DNA from: Hormiphora californensis
Lineage: Eukaryota; Animalia; Ctenophora
NCBI GenBank assembly: GCA_020137815.1
Contig: CM035354.1
Coordinates: forward strand, 5,890,001 to 5,954,000
Direction: 5' to 3'
Length of the DNA stretch: 64,000 nucleotides
The position numbers and the translations under genes are program-made. The notes beneath the pieces were generated by a model. The model worked only from the letters and a program-made list of their open reading frames with translations, searched no databases and was not told the DNA's origin. Of this stretch, positions 25,432 to 38,243 are shown one piece after another; positions within the stretch are counted from its first letter, which is position 1; every line of letters starts with the position of its first letter.

Positions 25432-28400
25432 ATGGAGGTAGAAACAACAGCAGCTCGTATAGATGAGAAATCAGTTAACCCTTCATATTCGTTTATCTCT
25501 GAGGCATTTCGACATGTCACCGCTGGGCCACTTCAATGTTCAGTAAGTCCAATGGACTTTGTCCACACTCAACTTTTCCAATGATTTTATAGATTTAATA
25601 AATACCAATATCCTGTTGATACCGATGTTTATCACCAGGTGTTTTGTGGGGGTAAAACGTGCAAGTATGAGCGTTCAGATTTCTGGGAAACTGACCAAAT
25701 GGCTATTCCTGGGTTGTTTTCTCACTGGGTGACCGATACGATACTGGCGATGGCACGATTAAATTATACTGAAATGAAGAAAAACAACATGATTGATTCT
25801 TTTAAGAAGTAAGAACGAATAAATATTATTTAAATTTGTTGGTAACTACACACATTTTGTTTTGCTAGATGACGTCAAATAATTGTCCAATTTCAAATTT
25901 TCTCTACATGCATCTGAAAGTAAAGAAGCAGCACAGACAACACGCAACAAACATCATGCATCACTCAAACCTTAATGTATCTCCCCCTTCTCTCTCTCTT
26001 TTGTTTACTGCACAATGCACATATAAAACAGATATCAATCCATTCTGTGACATCACCATCCATCCCTTTCTCTACAAAGTGCAATCTCTATATCAGTTCT
26101 ATATCTAACCCCTGACCTCTTTCAGGCAGAATATAAAGACTGTGATAAACCTTCAAGAGAACGGTGAACATGCCAGTTGTGGCATGCCCCTTCACTCCTC
26201 TGGGTTTAGTTACGACCCTCAGGAACTGATGGATAACGATATATTCTACTATAATTTTAACATCCAGGACTACTCAGTCCCTCTCCAGCGGACCCTGCTG
26301 GATATCTGCAAGGTGGTGTCCTTCGCCCAGACTGAGGGTGGAGTGGCGATTCATTGTCACTGCGGGTTTAGGTAGAACTGGTGTTGTGATAGCCTGCTTC
26401 CTTATTTACCATCACAAAATGAAGCCTAAAGATGTAAGTCTACTACTAACTTGGTAACCGTAGCAACTCCGTCACTGTGTAGTTACTGAGTTTACCCGGT
26501 GGTATAAGAGATTGACGTGACTACTTAACTACTTAATTAATGCTCTCCGGCATTTTAAATTTTACCGTATATTATTCTTTCTCGGCAGTCGGCATTGAAA
26601 AAATATTTAGACAGTTAGACAACTCTGTTTAACGTTACGGTTTCTTTCCAGGCGATTCTGCTGGTCCGAAAGAACAGGCCCCGATCAATACAAACCCGGA
26701 ACCAGCTAAAGGCAGTGTTCAAGTTTGCCCTGTACTTGGCTCCCCTCTGGCATCATTTCCCTGTTTCCAGGTTTGTTACAGTTTATAGCTGCCCATTGGG
26801 TCACATCGTTACCATAGCAACTGCACAATTCATCTCTTACTACCGTCACAAGTCCATTATACGGGTGTTTCTGCAGCTGGTACAATCTGTTCATATCTCG
26901 TCTTGACACCATCCGTTCCCACACCGGTTATGTGGGTAACAGAGGTGACAAGACTCACAAAGTACCTCCTCAAATTGGCCCCCCTACTGATTAATATCAT
27001 GGGATTTAGAGCCGCATTGAGGAAGAATAGAGAGTACCCAGAATAATAATGGAAAAGCCGCTTCTCCCTTTTTGCAAAGTGCCACATGGAGTCAACACAC
27101 TGTTCTACAAAGGGGTACACCAGCCCCGTACTGCTCATTATGTAGACGATGGTAACTATGGTGATAGTGATACTGACTGAGCTCCTCAGATTATCCTCCT
27201 GACCCCGGGGTAGGGCCTTCATTCTAGAGATTAGGAAGAGTTGGGTGGCACTGGAGATGACCATGAGAATCACTGGTAGAATCATGGGCAGGAGGAAGAG
27301 AATGTTGAGGAGGAAGCACTTATTGCCACACTGGGTGTTACAGTCACCCTCCATATAGGAGAATATCACCTTGGCCTTGCTGGGCGTGAAGAAATACGTC
27401 ACCAGGGTCAGAGCTGAAATGGGAAGGGGAAGTGAGTTGGAGTGTGAGGGGGATGTTAGATGTAAAGGAGAGAGGGAGAACTATTATATAGAATTTGTTG
27501 TCGTTAGTCGTTGCCATAGCAATAGAAACATTCAACACTACAACTACTCAGTAAAGCAGTAAAGCAGTAAGGGCACGCTGTATATGTAGATCAGAGATGC
27601 TTCTACAGCGGATATTTATTCTTTAATGAAGAATTAGGATTGTACAATGTACACTGAATAATTAGACGACCAACTAAACATACAGTCATTGCTACTAGGC
27701 TGAATTATCATAGCACTGGCAAGTGCCCCGGGCCCAAAAGGGGGGTGTGGGGGCACAGCCCCCACCATAAACGGGGGTGTGGGGGCAGAGCCCCCACCTT
27801 AGAAATACCCTCTAACTCAAAAAACAAAAGAGAGAGCACACGCAACACTTCTACACACAAGCGCGTAAAAACCTGCCAGTGCTACTATATACCATTGCAG
27901 ATTTCGGGGTTTTTGATGCTTTAAAAAAGCATGTTCCAGATGAAGTAGAGAGCTGAAATTTTGTACTCTGGGGGCCCTCATATAGGAGAAGAGGCATGCA
28001 AGTTTTCAGAACGATCGGATTTAAGGTAAAAATTTGCCAGAGGGGTCCCAAAATGCAAAAATGTAAGGAGGGGGAGGGGAGGGGAGGGGAGGGGGAGGAG
28101 GACGCTTTTTTATCTTTGAGTGTTCTCCTAAACCACAAATAGTAGAGACTTGCCGTTTGGAACAGTGGTTCCTTACATCATTGCGCTCGGTAATAGCTGT
28201 GTGAGAACTTCGAAATCGCCATAGTTCATTAATTATTCATTAATTAGTCATTAAATATTCATTTAAACCATGGTCGCGATATGACATGACTCGAAGGTCA
28301 TAGAATCTTGAAACCGGTCTTATTCGACGCGGAATCTTCGATTTATGGGGGGTCTTACTCGGGACAAAAATCTCTATCTCGCACCGTTAAGCCGTTATTT

Positions 28401-31400
28401 GCATATTTATGCACCTATTCACGATTTTATGCATATTTTCAATATTTTCACTTCGGCTGGTCCTAGAACGTTTTCATGGACATATTTCGACGCAAAATAG
28501 TCGATTTATGGGGGGTCGTCCCCCGGACAAAAAGTCGTATCTCGCACTGTTAAGCCGTTATTTGCATATTTATGCACCGATTCATGATTTAATTAAATCA
28601 TCAGCCGAACTGGAAATATTCAGAATATGCATTAATGCATATTCTGAATATTTCCAGTTCGGCTGATCCTAGAACGTTTTCATGGACATATTTCGACGCA
28701 AAATAGTCGATTTATGGGGGGTCTTACTCGGGACAAAAATCTCTATCTGGCACCGTTCAGCCGTTATTTGCATATTTATGCACCGATTCATGATTTAATG
28801 CATATTCTTAATATTTCCACTTCGGCTGGTCCTAGAACGTTTTCATGGACATATTCCGGCGCAGAATAGTCGATTTATGGGGGGTCGTCCCCCTGACAAA
28901 AAGTCGTATCTCTCACCGTTTAGTCGTTATTCGCATACTTATGAACTATTCAAGTTCGAAAATATGCAGAAATCAGAAAAAATAGCTTTTTCTATTTAAC
29001 ACCAAAAAGAACAGAAATTAAGTCCAAAAACCAATTAAATAAATTAGTTTGGATGCCCGGGCCCATGTGGTGTCACGGGGGTAACACCTTTAGGCTACTG
29101 CCATAATTAACGGCATATCTCGTTAATTGTTAATTGTTATCCTTCAATCTTTCTATCTCTATCTATCTCTCTCTCACTCTCTCTCTCACACTATTTTTCT
29201 CTCTCTCTCTCTTTCCCTCTCACTGTTTCTTTCACTATATCTCTCTTTTTTCTTTCTCCTCTTATTTATCTCTCCGTCTTTCTTGATTATATCTCACTCT
29301 TTCTATTCTATCCTAATTTCTTTTGCCTTTATCTCTCTCGATATCCATCATTTATGACAGTAGCCTAAAGGTGTTACCCCCGTGACACCACATGGGCCCG
29401 GGCATCCAAACTAATTTATTTAATTGGTTTTTGGACTTAATTTTAGACATACATATACCTTTGTCCTGTGTATATATGGTTTCATTGATGAGTGTGTAGA
29501 TCTCAAACCCACTGAACACAACTGAAATATATTAGCATTAGAAACTGTTAGAAAACCTGTGAGAAGCTGTTGGAAGATCTGTCAGGTCCTGTGAGAATTT
29601 CTCACTGAGAACCCATAAATTCTTGCCTATACATGTGTCAATCACATTTAGAGAACTTGCCCCTTCAACTTACCCCAAATAAGTACGTAGAAGATGATAG
29701 CTTTCACGATAGTTTTCCTTCTGACCACGAAGAATGGAAAGATCAGATGGATGGTCCTCACCATTTCAATAGTCAGACTCACAAACGCAGACATCCGGAA
29801 GGAGAGAAGGGAGGTGAAGTAGGCGACATAGCAAACCACCATTAGAAATGTAGTCACATCTCGGTTAATCAGGAGAGTTAGGAAGGCGATGGCGTGGAGA
29901 AAAGCACAAATTGACGTCATCAGATCACTGCTTGATAGAACCAGGTAGAGGAGTTGGACAAGGGAGAGGGCTCGGCGGCAGCAGCATATCACAGTTAGGT
30001 TCAGTAGGATGCCTGCCATCCCAACCAACAGACAGCCCAGGAAAGTGAGGATTATACACTCAGTTGACAAGTCCTCAGTGAAGGTGGGCATCTTTGACTT
30101 TGAGTTTGATTTAGTCATCCAAATACTTGGATCCCCTGTTGTCATGGCCGAGGAAAGGCCGGTGGTATCAAAGGCAATGCGTCCAGCTGCACTTGTCAAG
30201 TTCATGGCTATATCCTGAGTGGAATGGGGAACAGATCAGAAGTTTGTGCAGCTGTCGGGGGAACAAATAGTGTGGAAATCATAAAAATGAAATCGATACT
30301 AATTATTATATGGGGGACACGGGGATGGGGGTACCAATTTGCTTTTTAGTATACTCGAATACTTTGTATAACAGAAACGTATGTTGGTGCCCCCCCCCCC
30401 CTAAGCATCTAAACACTCTCAACTTGTTTCTCAAGCACAAACTGTACGAATATATTGCCATATTCAGTATTAGAATATTAGACGAATCTCTTTGCTAGAC
30501 ATCAAGCCGATATATTGTACAACTATATAAGCCTGTAATATACAGAAAGATCAAAGAACATAAAGCATGTTATAGAGCTTATAATCATAGATTGTCAAGA
30601 AATATTGACGCACAAAGGGTATTGTAAGATGGCGAACAAAAAGTTGAAGTGTGCCTTTGAAAATACAAAACACTTGCCTAAAATTCTCCACTCACGGTTT
30701 ACACTCTCTAAATTCTCATTTTCCTACTCTCTATTATAAACATCTCTATTTATATAGTTTCTTACTCTCCCGAGTCCTCATTGGGAAAGGGCACACAACT
30801 TTAATGGCTGTACTCTTTAACAAGCAACATATTGTGGAGCCACTACCATTGTTCACTCATCACCCCACTTCTCTAAATAGACCAAGGGGTCCTGCACAGG
30901 GCCTTTGAATATTCTAAAGTTGTCTCTTTAAAACCACCCATTTTTTTGAAGAGTTCCATGTAAACACGAGAAAGATAGAGAGAAAGAGAGCTGAAGACAG
31001 GTAGTTTTTTACCCACAATGTTGAATAAAAACAGTGCTCTGCGCCACGTGCTTGATCTGTGTGCACTGTGCTGAGTGCACACTGTGCACATGACGGAGAA
31101 TGAACAGAAAACAAAGGGCACACAAAGACGGGGAGACTGAATCGGAATAAAAAGGCAAAAAGAAATGCACGCATTTAATTGTGAAATGAACGGAGTAGAG
31201 AAACAAAGAAAACATACGATTCTACTTTTTAAACAACCTCGACTGATGGTATCAAGCACATTAAGAGACTACAGAAAACTGGAACTATGCTCTCTCTCTC
31301 TCGGGGAGTCTCCTGTTTAACTCTTTGAGCTAGTCTCCACTCAGAGTTCCTCTAAAAAAGGCACATTAAAATATCATGCCAATGTGAATTATATTCCTGT

Positions 31401-34400
31401 TATCAGTAGGTACTACTGTCGCTTATAATGAACTAATGAACTTATATACTGAGCAGGATAAAGAGGTGTTCTTCGATCAGCTTTCGTTATTTTTGAGTCC
31501 TAGGCAGAAATCAGGAAGTTGTCCTACTCAAGGGTGAAATAACGGGGGAGAAAAGGGGACACTGGTCATGGCAATTCAAATGATGGCTTCAATGAATTCA
31601 GTAGGTAATCTCTTATCTAGATGGTTCGGTATATTCAGCGTGGCATCCAGGGTCTCCGTTGTTAAACTTTTTCATAAATTGGACAGCTTCTCTACGCATT
31701 CATAGTCACGCATCAACAGTCATTTATACGCATTCACAGTCTGTTATACTATTCAACTGAAAAAGGATTCTGCTCAGTTCTGAATAAATCTGGGTTCCCA
31801 TATGTTGTCTATTTTGGCAACACACCGCCTCAAGTATAACTGTTTTATATATGATTTAGTTGGCCCATTCTCTAATATATCTAACCTAGTCTCAGATTCT
31901 CTAATATATCTCACATCCCCCAGCTCTAGATCAGATACGTTAGATGTTATCTTGGAGAAACAGAAGAAAGTGCTGCACGGAGAGGAAGGGAGGACACTGA
32001 AATACATTCCCAAGGTGAGAACAATTAGAACTCGCCACTCCTTAGCATGCAAATATCAATATTATTATCAATAATATTATCAATAATATTACAATTATAA
32101 TACAACACGCTGTTTGACTAGTAGGAGAGTCTGGCGAAAAGTATACTGTAGCGATGAAAAAGTGACGAAAAACTTCTTAGGACCTTGCTTGCCGACTTCA
32201 GTATTACTTCGTCATTACTTCATCTAATCAAATTGAGTTGGGCGTATACAGTATAGGATAAATCTACAGATTAAATCACACAAAAGGCCTAGGGTAAAAA
32301 GATGAAAAAGTCAAAGAGGGAGATGGCAAAAGCGCTAAAGTCTATCAACACCTTCACTAAGTACTGCCGCAAAAGCAAGGCAGAAGTTCTCAGTGCACAT
32401 GGGAATTTCTCCCACAAACTAAAACTGTTTCTTACTATCCCTCCACTAGTGCCGCAGTTCTCTCGTAGAGCCACCTCGTGTACTGCACACTCACTCGTGC
32501 GACTATAATATAGTGCTTACTGCTTACTGTGAACTTGGGGTTGGAGGTTAGTATTGTCAACACTGTTACACACTAGATACAACTGGAATGTGATGCCGTG
32601 TAGTACCTGGTGCAGCTCGGAGAAGTAGTTAACGCTTGTTAGACTGTCTGGAATCATAATTTTAAGAAATTGGGCTTTTGAGAGGAAAGAAATTGGGTTT
32701 TTGAGACGAGAGGAATTTAAAAACCTCTACTAAAATTCTCAATAAGCGAGTTTAAAATTGTACTTCGCCGCACAAGAAAGGTGCAATTAATTTCGATGTG
32801 GTGCCCTTGGTCCCTTTGTTATTAATTATATAGACCAAGTTGTATTGCAAAACAAGTCACCTCATCTTTGGGGGAGATTATAATGAGAGTAGGACACAAA
32901 GAGATTTTGAGAGACTCTTAGGTAGACACATCTTTGTACCATGATATATCAGACAGTAAAAGCCTATCTTCTGACAACAGAGCGGTTACAATATTGAATA
33001 TATTCATTACACTCCCAAAACTTTACATTGCGACACAGATTCTATATGGACCTATTTAGTTTTTTTCTTCCTGAGAATTCCACTTCCAATATCTTCTAAC
33101 CTCCCCTCTCCAATCCTCAACCTCCAACCTCCCCCTCCAACCTCCCCTCCAACCTCCCCCCTCTAACCTCCCCTCTCCAATCCTCAACCTCCAACCTCCC
33201 CCTCCAACCTCCCCTCCAACCTCCCCCCTCTAACCTCCCCTCTCCAATCCTCAACCTCCAACCTCCCCCTCCAACCTCCCCTCCAACCTCCCCCCTCTAA
33301 CCTCCCCTCTCCAATCCTCAACCTCCTCCTCCCTCAGGTGGTGTTTGTGATATGTAGCGGTCTCATCTCCAACACGCGGCACTCCTCCACCCTGCTGTGT
33401 AAGCGGTTCCACCCCCTCTCACCATCCCGTCGTCCCATGACCTGCCAGCCGGCCCTGGAGTGGGAGACACGTGATGTGGAGGATGACCTGGACAGTCTTA
33501 GTGGGGACAAGGTGGTGGGATGTACAAATGATCTGTCAGAGGTGGAGGAGATGGAGGCCCAGATGACACCAAGAAGTGAGGATACCACAACCCCAATCAC
33601 AAATAGAGAGGAGGAAGAGGAGGTGAAGGAGGATGAAGTTATAGAAGTCAAACCCGGGGAAAACAAAAAGATGGGGGGAGTCTGGCCTCAAACGGCGGTT
33701 TTTTGGGTCGTCGAGTGCGATACAAATACATGTTTCATGTAAAGAGGGATTTAACAAAAACAGGAAATCTAACTAAAAACGGGTCAAAGTTTAATCTCAG
33801 CCCCCCGGCGCCTTTTTTATCACAGGGAAACCCAAAAAGAGGGCCCAAAGGATGGGAAAAATACATCATGAAGCAAATTATTTTTGGTTCCCACAATCCC
33901 CCAAAAAATAGGGGTAAATTTTTTCTAAAAGGCGGGGAGAAACGAAAGGAAGGAGTAAAAATTTTTAGGCACATGCCCTAAATCTCTTTTTGGGGGCCCA
34001 GATTTTGCATTAGAAAAGGGGCGGAAGGGGGGGGAAGAGGGGAGGGGAGAGGAGGGGGGAAAGAGAGGGACGCAGAGAGGAAGGGACCCCAAGGGCCCCC
34101 ACCCGAGCAAACCCAACCTTTTTCCCCTTTTTTTTTTCCCCTTTTTGGAAAAAAGGGGCACGGCGGGGTGCCCCCCAAAACCCGCCACGGGTGGGTTAGA
34201 AAGGGATTACCCCCCGCCTCTGAAAATTTTCTCTCTTTTTTGTTCTCATCTCATCATCCCCCCTCTTTTCCCCCTTCTCTCTCTCCCCTTTCTCCCCCTA
34301 AAATAAATTTACTCCCTGGGATTTTATCAGGCCCCGGGCATTGGATTTACCCAAGGTGCTTTACTTTCATCAGACACGTGACCCCAAAAGGGAAAAAAAC

Positions 34401-35997
34401 CCGTAACAATAACAAAAATAAAAATTTAAAGGGGGGGTTGGGGCTGATTTCCAAAAAACGGAAAATAAAAATTATTGGGGAAGGAGGGGGGGAAAAAAAG
34501 GGGAAACCCGAGGGGGGAACAAGAGAAAAAAGAAAAATAGGGGGGCGACAGAACCCCGGGGGAAGGAAAAAAAAAGGGGAGAGAGGGGGAAGGGGGGAAG
34601 GAAGGAGGGAGGAAAGGGAAAGGGGGAAAGGAAGAAAAAAGAAAAAAAGAGAGAGAGAGAGAGAAGAAGGGGGCAAAAAAGAAAAAGGAGAAAAGGGGAA
34701 GGGGAGGGGGAGAAGAAAGAGGAAAATGGGAGGGGGGGGAAAAATGGGAGAAAAAGAGGAGGGGAAGAGAGAAAAAAGGAAAAGGAAAGGGGAAAAGCGG
34801 GAAAAACAAAAAAAGGGAAAAGGGGGCGGGGGCCGGGGAAGGGGGAAGGAAAAAAGGAGAGAGGAAGGGGGGGAAAGAGGGGGGGGGGGGAGAGGGGGGA
34901 AAAAGGAGAGGGGGAGGGGGAGAGGGAAAGGGAGAGAAGGGAGAGGAAGAAAAGAGAGGAGAAAGAAGGGAAGGGAAAAGAAAAAGAGAGAGAGAGGAAA
35001 ACCGGGGGTGGGGGGGAAAAGGGGGAAAAGAGGGGGAAAAAAAAAAAAAAAAACAAAAAAAAAGGTAGAGTTCTTAAAAGAGAGTTTTTAAAGTTTTCTT
35101 GGAATTTGAAAAAAAGAGATTGGGCCCCCCCCCCGCGGGGGGGTATTTCCTTTTTCTTTTCTCCTCTCGCCCGCTTTCCTCTTCGTCTTTCCCTCCTTTT
35201 CCCTCTCTTTTCTTTCTCTTCTCTTCCCCTCTCTTCCCTTCTTCTTTGAGTTGCTTCCGCACTGCTTTTTTTCCCAGGGAAACATGAGATAATTTCCTCT
35301 TCAGCGGCCGCGTGGAGAGCCTTGTGGCCGTTTCAGTGGTCCTGGAGAGAGAAAGGGAAAAAAAGAAATCATTGTGCGATATTGACACAGTCATCCGGCA
35401 AATTAACGTCGGAATTTGGGAATCGGTAAGAGAGATCACACTGATGAATCAGTATAATGTCTGACGTCTGTTTCCGGTATCTTTTATTTCTGTGCAGTAC
35501 TATAATAACATTAACTAATTGTTCTAAGCCTTCGTATTTTCTCCCAGGTCCTAAGTTTGAGTCTCTATCAACAAGGAACCCTCCTTCGCCGTTGGGTGGA
35601 AAACCTAGCAGCCCCAATTCTCACACCTAGGCAGTTGGAAACGATGTCGCTGCTTGATCTTGAAGGACTTTCTGAGGCTGTGGACAGGCTGCCTCCCTCG
35701 ACCAGCTCTATCATTCACTGTCTCTGTGTTACTTTCAGTGCTGTAAGTTAGAAGAGAGAGAGAAATGAACTCGTCGGTGAAACTTTTGAGACATTTAATT
35801 TCTTAAACACCAATCAAAAATGTGTTTCTCTCTCTTTACAGCTCCTGTACGGTCCTTTACTGACACGAAGAGAGGAAGTGCAGCGAGCGATTAATATGCT
35901 TTTGTCTAGTGGGAGCATCTCCTTACAAGGTAACAAAACTCACAGTGACAGCTCTGTGAAACAGAGAAATAATATTGTAATAGCAACTGTAGTTTAA
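25432..35997 (+). CDS. PTPDC1: Protein tyrosine phosphatase domain-containing protein 1
   Basis: CGGKTCKYE..AIPGLFSHWVTDTILAMAR..VINLQENGEHASCG..SGFSYDP..VAIHCH[A]GLGRTGVVIAC (needs removal of 1 base near 26361)..VRKNRPRSIQTRNQL..QKKVLHGEEGRTLKYIPK..WVENLAAPILT. Exons at about 25432-25542, 25639-25808, 26126-26433, 26652-26770, 31924-32014, 33338-?, 35278-35425, 35548-35743, 35842-35997. Confidence 0.9.
26857..30205 (-). CDS. Rhodopsin-like 7TM GPCR nested antisense in a PTPDC1 intron
   Basis: Three phase-compatible exons (about 29674-30205, 29459-29521, 26857-27413). GILLN in TM1, LSSSDL in TM2, MVRTIHLIFPF at TM3, NAALNPMILISRG in TM7. Confidence 0.88.
27695..29443 (-). mobile_element. Composite non-autonomous Helitron-like element with internal tandem array and inverted repeat, inside the nested GPCR's intron
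   Basis: Minus-strand end ...cagcCTAG|T at 27695, preceded by GC hairpins (tgggggcacagccccca). Four units of about 165-205 bp at 28320-28950. An inverted repeat of about 86 bp at 29015-29100 / 29358-29443. The right boundary is uncertain. Confidence 0.5.
33090..33335 (+). repeat. C-rich minisatellite (cctccaacctcccc-type) upstream of a PTPDC1 acceptor
   Basis: A unit of about 67 bp repeated about 3.5 times. Confidence 0.85.
33640..35400. other. Low-quality or garbled sequence (probable raw-read gap fill across a GA microsatellite)
   Basis: Abrupt switch to homopolymer-inflated A/G then C/T runs; flanking PTPDC1 exons degrade progressively into it. Confidence 0.8.
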
Positions 35998-38243
35998 AAA
36001 GTAGCGACTATTTTATAGTGCCATTTTAAAGCACTTAATAAATAGCAGGTATTAGAAAGCACTTACACACAATACAAAGGCACGCTGGCAATAAATCTTT
36101 AATCTAAAGGTTTATGAGGAGTTTTATTATTCCAAATTGCCTTAATAATAACTCATGACTAGAATGCAATATACAATGCCATTATAACAACGATTCACTA
36201 CTAATATGTTACTATTATACTGCGCTACCATTTCTTATATATGATTTATGTCCAATCAATTGCTAAACAACCAAGGTGCGAGAGAGATCTGAGATGGAGA
36301 GGGAAGGGGATGCAGAGACAAAAAGAGAGTCATAGAGAGTGGGATTGAGTGACTGATTGCCCAGGTTCATAATAATATATGCACATAATATGCTCATTAC
36401 ATAATGTCATTATAATGCATTTCCAATTCCATACCAGCTGAGTTGTGGATCTCACCACCATCACCCATTTTGATTTGTACCCACGTAGAGAGAGAGAGGG
36501 TCAAGCAAGGGAACATATGTTTCACTAAACATTACCTCCGACCTCGTTTCAGATGTTACAAGATCTCGCAACCTAATGGGCAACCTACTAAAACTAAAGT
36601 ACCGAGATATAAAACTTTAATCACGTCCTGAGTCCTGACCAAGCTAGCAGGGATCCCCGCTCAGAGAGTTTGTTGAGACCAAGTGCCCTGATTTATAAAA
36701 CTACCACAATGGGAGTAGTTATCAACAAATATTTTAATCCTTGTTCTGTCAGACTGAATATATGATAGGATGGTCTTGACAAATAAGTCGACTACGATAA
36801 CCATATATTGCTTATTATCGGAGTATTGTTGAAGTTTGTTTATTTGAGAGTTTTATCAGGTTTTTGTGTGTATAAAAAGAGGCTGCTACGAAAGGATTGT
36901 GTGCATTTTATTGGTTCAGTTTTTTAGCTCGGTTTACTCAAACTAATTTGTTTCGATTACTGAAGTCAAACCACGATTTACCGGGCAACTAAATTTCCCA
37001 CAATGTTTTCCCGAAATACCGGGCAAAATCCTTTCCCCGAGCATCCAGGTAAACCGTGGTCCGACAATTCAATGTTTTACCAAAGATTTGTAGCAGTGTG
37101 GACTGTGGCAATCTATAAATTACAAATTACCACCAACCAGGTTGTGGTGGCTTGTTATTTACTATGCTGTAACGCGCGCAGCTAGCAATAAATGAAAGTG
37201 TGAGTTGTCAGCAGTTAGTGTTGCGCGCACACGCCGGCAGACAATTTCATCTGTTTGCGCCAAGTTTTCACCAATCAAATTGCCGCGCCCGCTCCACAGT
37301 TTTGACAGTCAACCAGGCCAAATTCCTGGAATTAACTCACCCATGATACGAATCATATTGGTAATGAAATTCCCCCTCTGCGCTAGCTCACTATATGCAA
37401 TAATAGGGGTGACTTCGTAACCAACGAATCATACAAGACACACGGAGTCAACATGGCGCCGATCGCCCATTCACACTGCGGAGTACTGCAGCAGTACCCG
37501 TCAGACCGGAATGTGATCCTCAGATTCATCAAACCACTGCTGGAGACAAAATCAAAGACGGAAAATAACAGGCACCACACAGGGCGAACATAAACTAAGC
37601 TTTAAAATAGTTTTACAAATTATAAATTAAATTAATACCCGTTAGATATTCAGATGCTCTGATAATAAATTAATTTGACAGTTTTTGTTTGATAGTGTTT
37701 CAAATGCTCAGCTAGCCACAGTAGGTAGCCACAGTATGTAACAGATTAAACTGCTAACTAATGATAGAATAATACAGCCCCAATAAAAGAGATTAAAACA
37801 CTAATAAAATAATAGTTTAATAAAGGTAAAAGAAAGATGCTTTAACCAACATAACTCCCTCTTCAGCCTCTACAGAAGGGGAGAGGGGACGAAACAATTT
37901 GATGTCAGGTACCATATGGACCATGGTAGATATTACATACCTCATAATAAAGGGTCAACTGGTCTTATTATAGTTCATTACATTTTAAAACATTACAACC
38001 TATCTCTAATGCATTATAACATATCCCTAATGCTAATGGATCTCATCTTTAACACAAGTAGTCAGTAACCCTCCAGTCTCCATCACGTCAATTACGTCAT
38101 TACTTACTAACACATTACAAGAGAGAAAGGGTTTGTCAGTTGGGCCTAGCCTAGAGGCGCCATTATAAACTGTCTACTGAGTACTGGAGTACTACTGCCT
38201 ACTGTTAAAGATTAGATACCATATCTAACTACTACTACTACTA

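Noticed and set aside
34168-35439. K/G/E/R-rich 307-aa ORF and F/P/S-rich antisense ORFs
   Set aside because: Translations of garbled homopolymer-rich sequence
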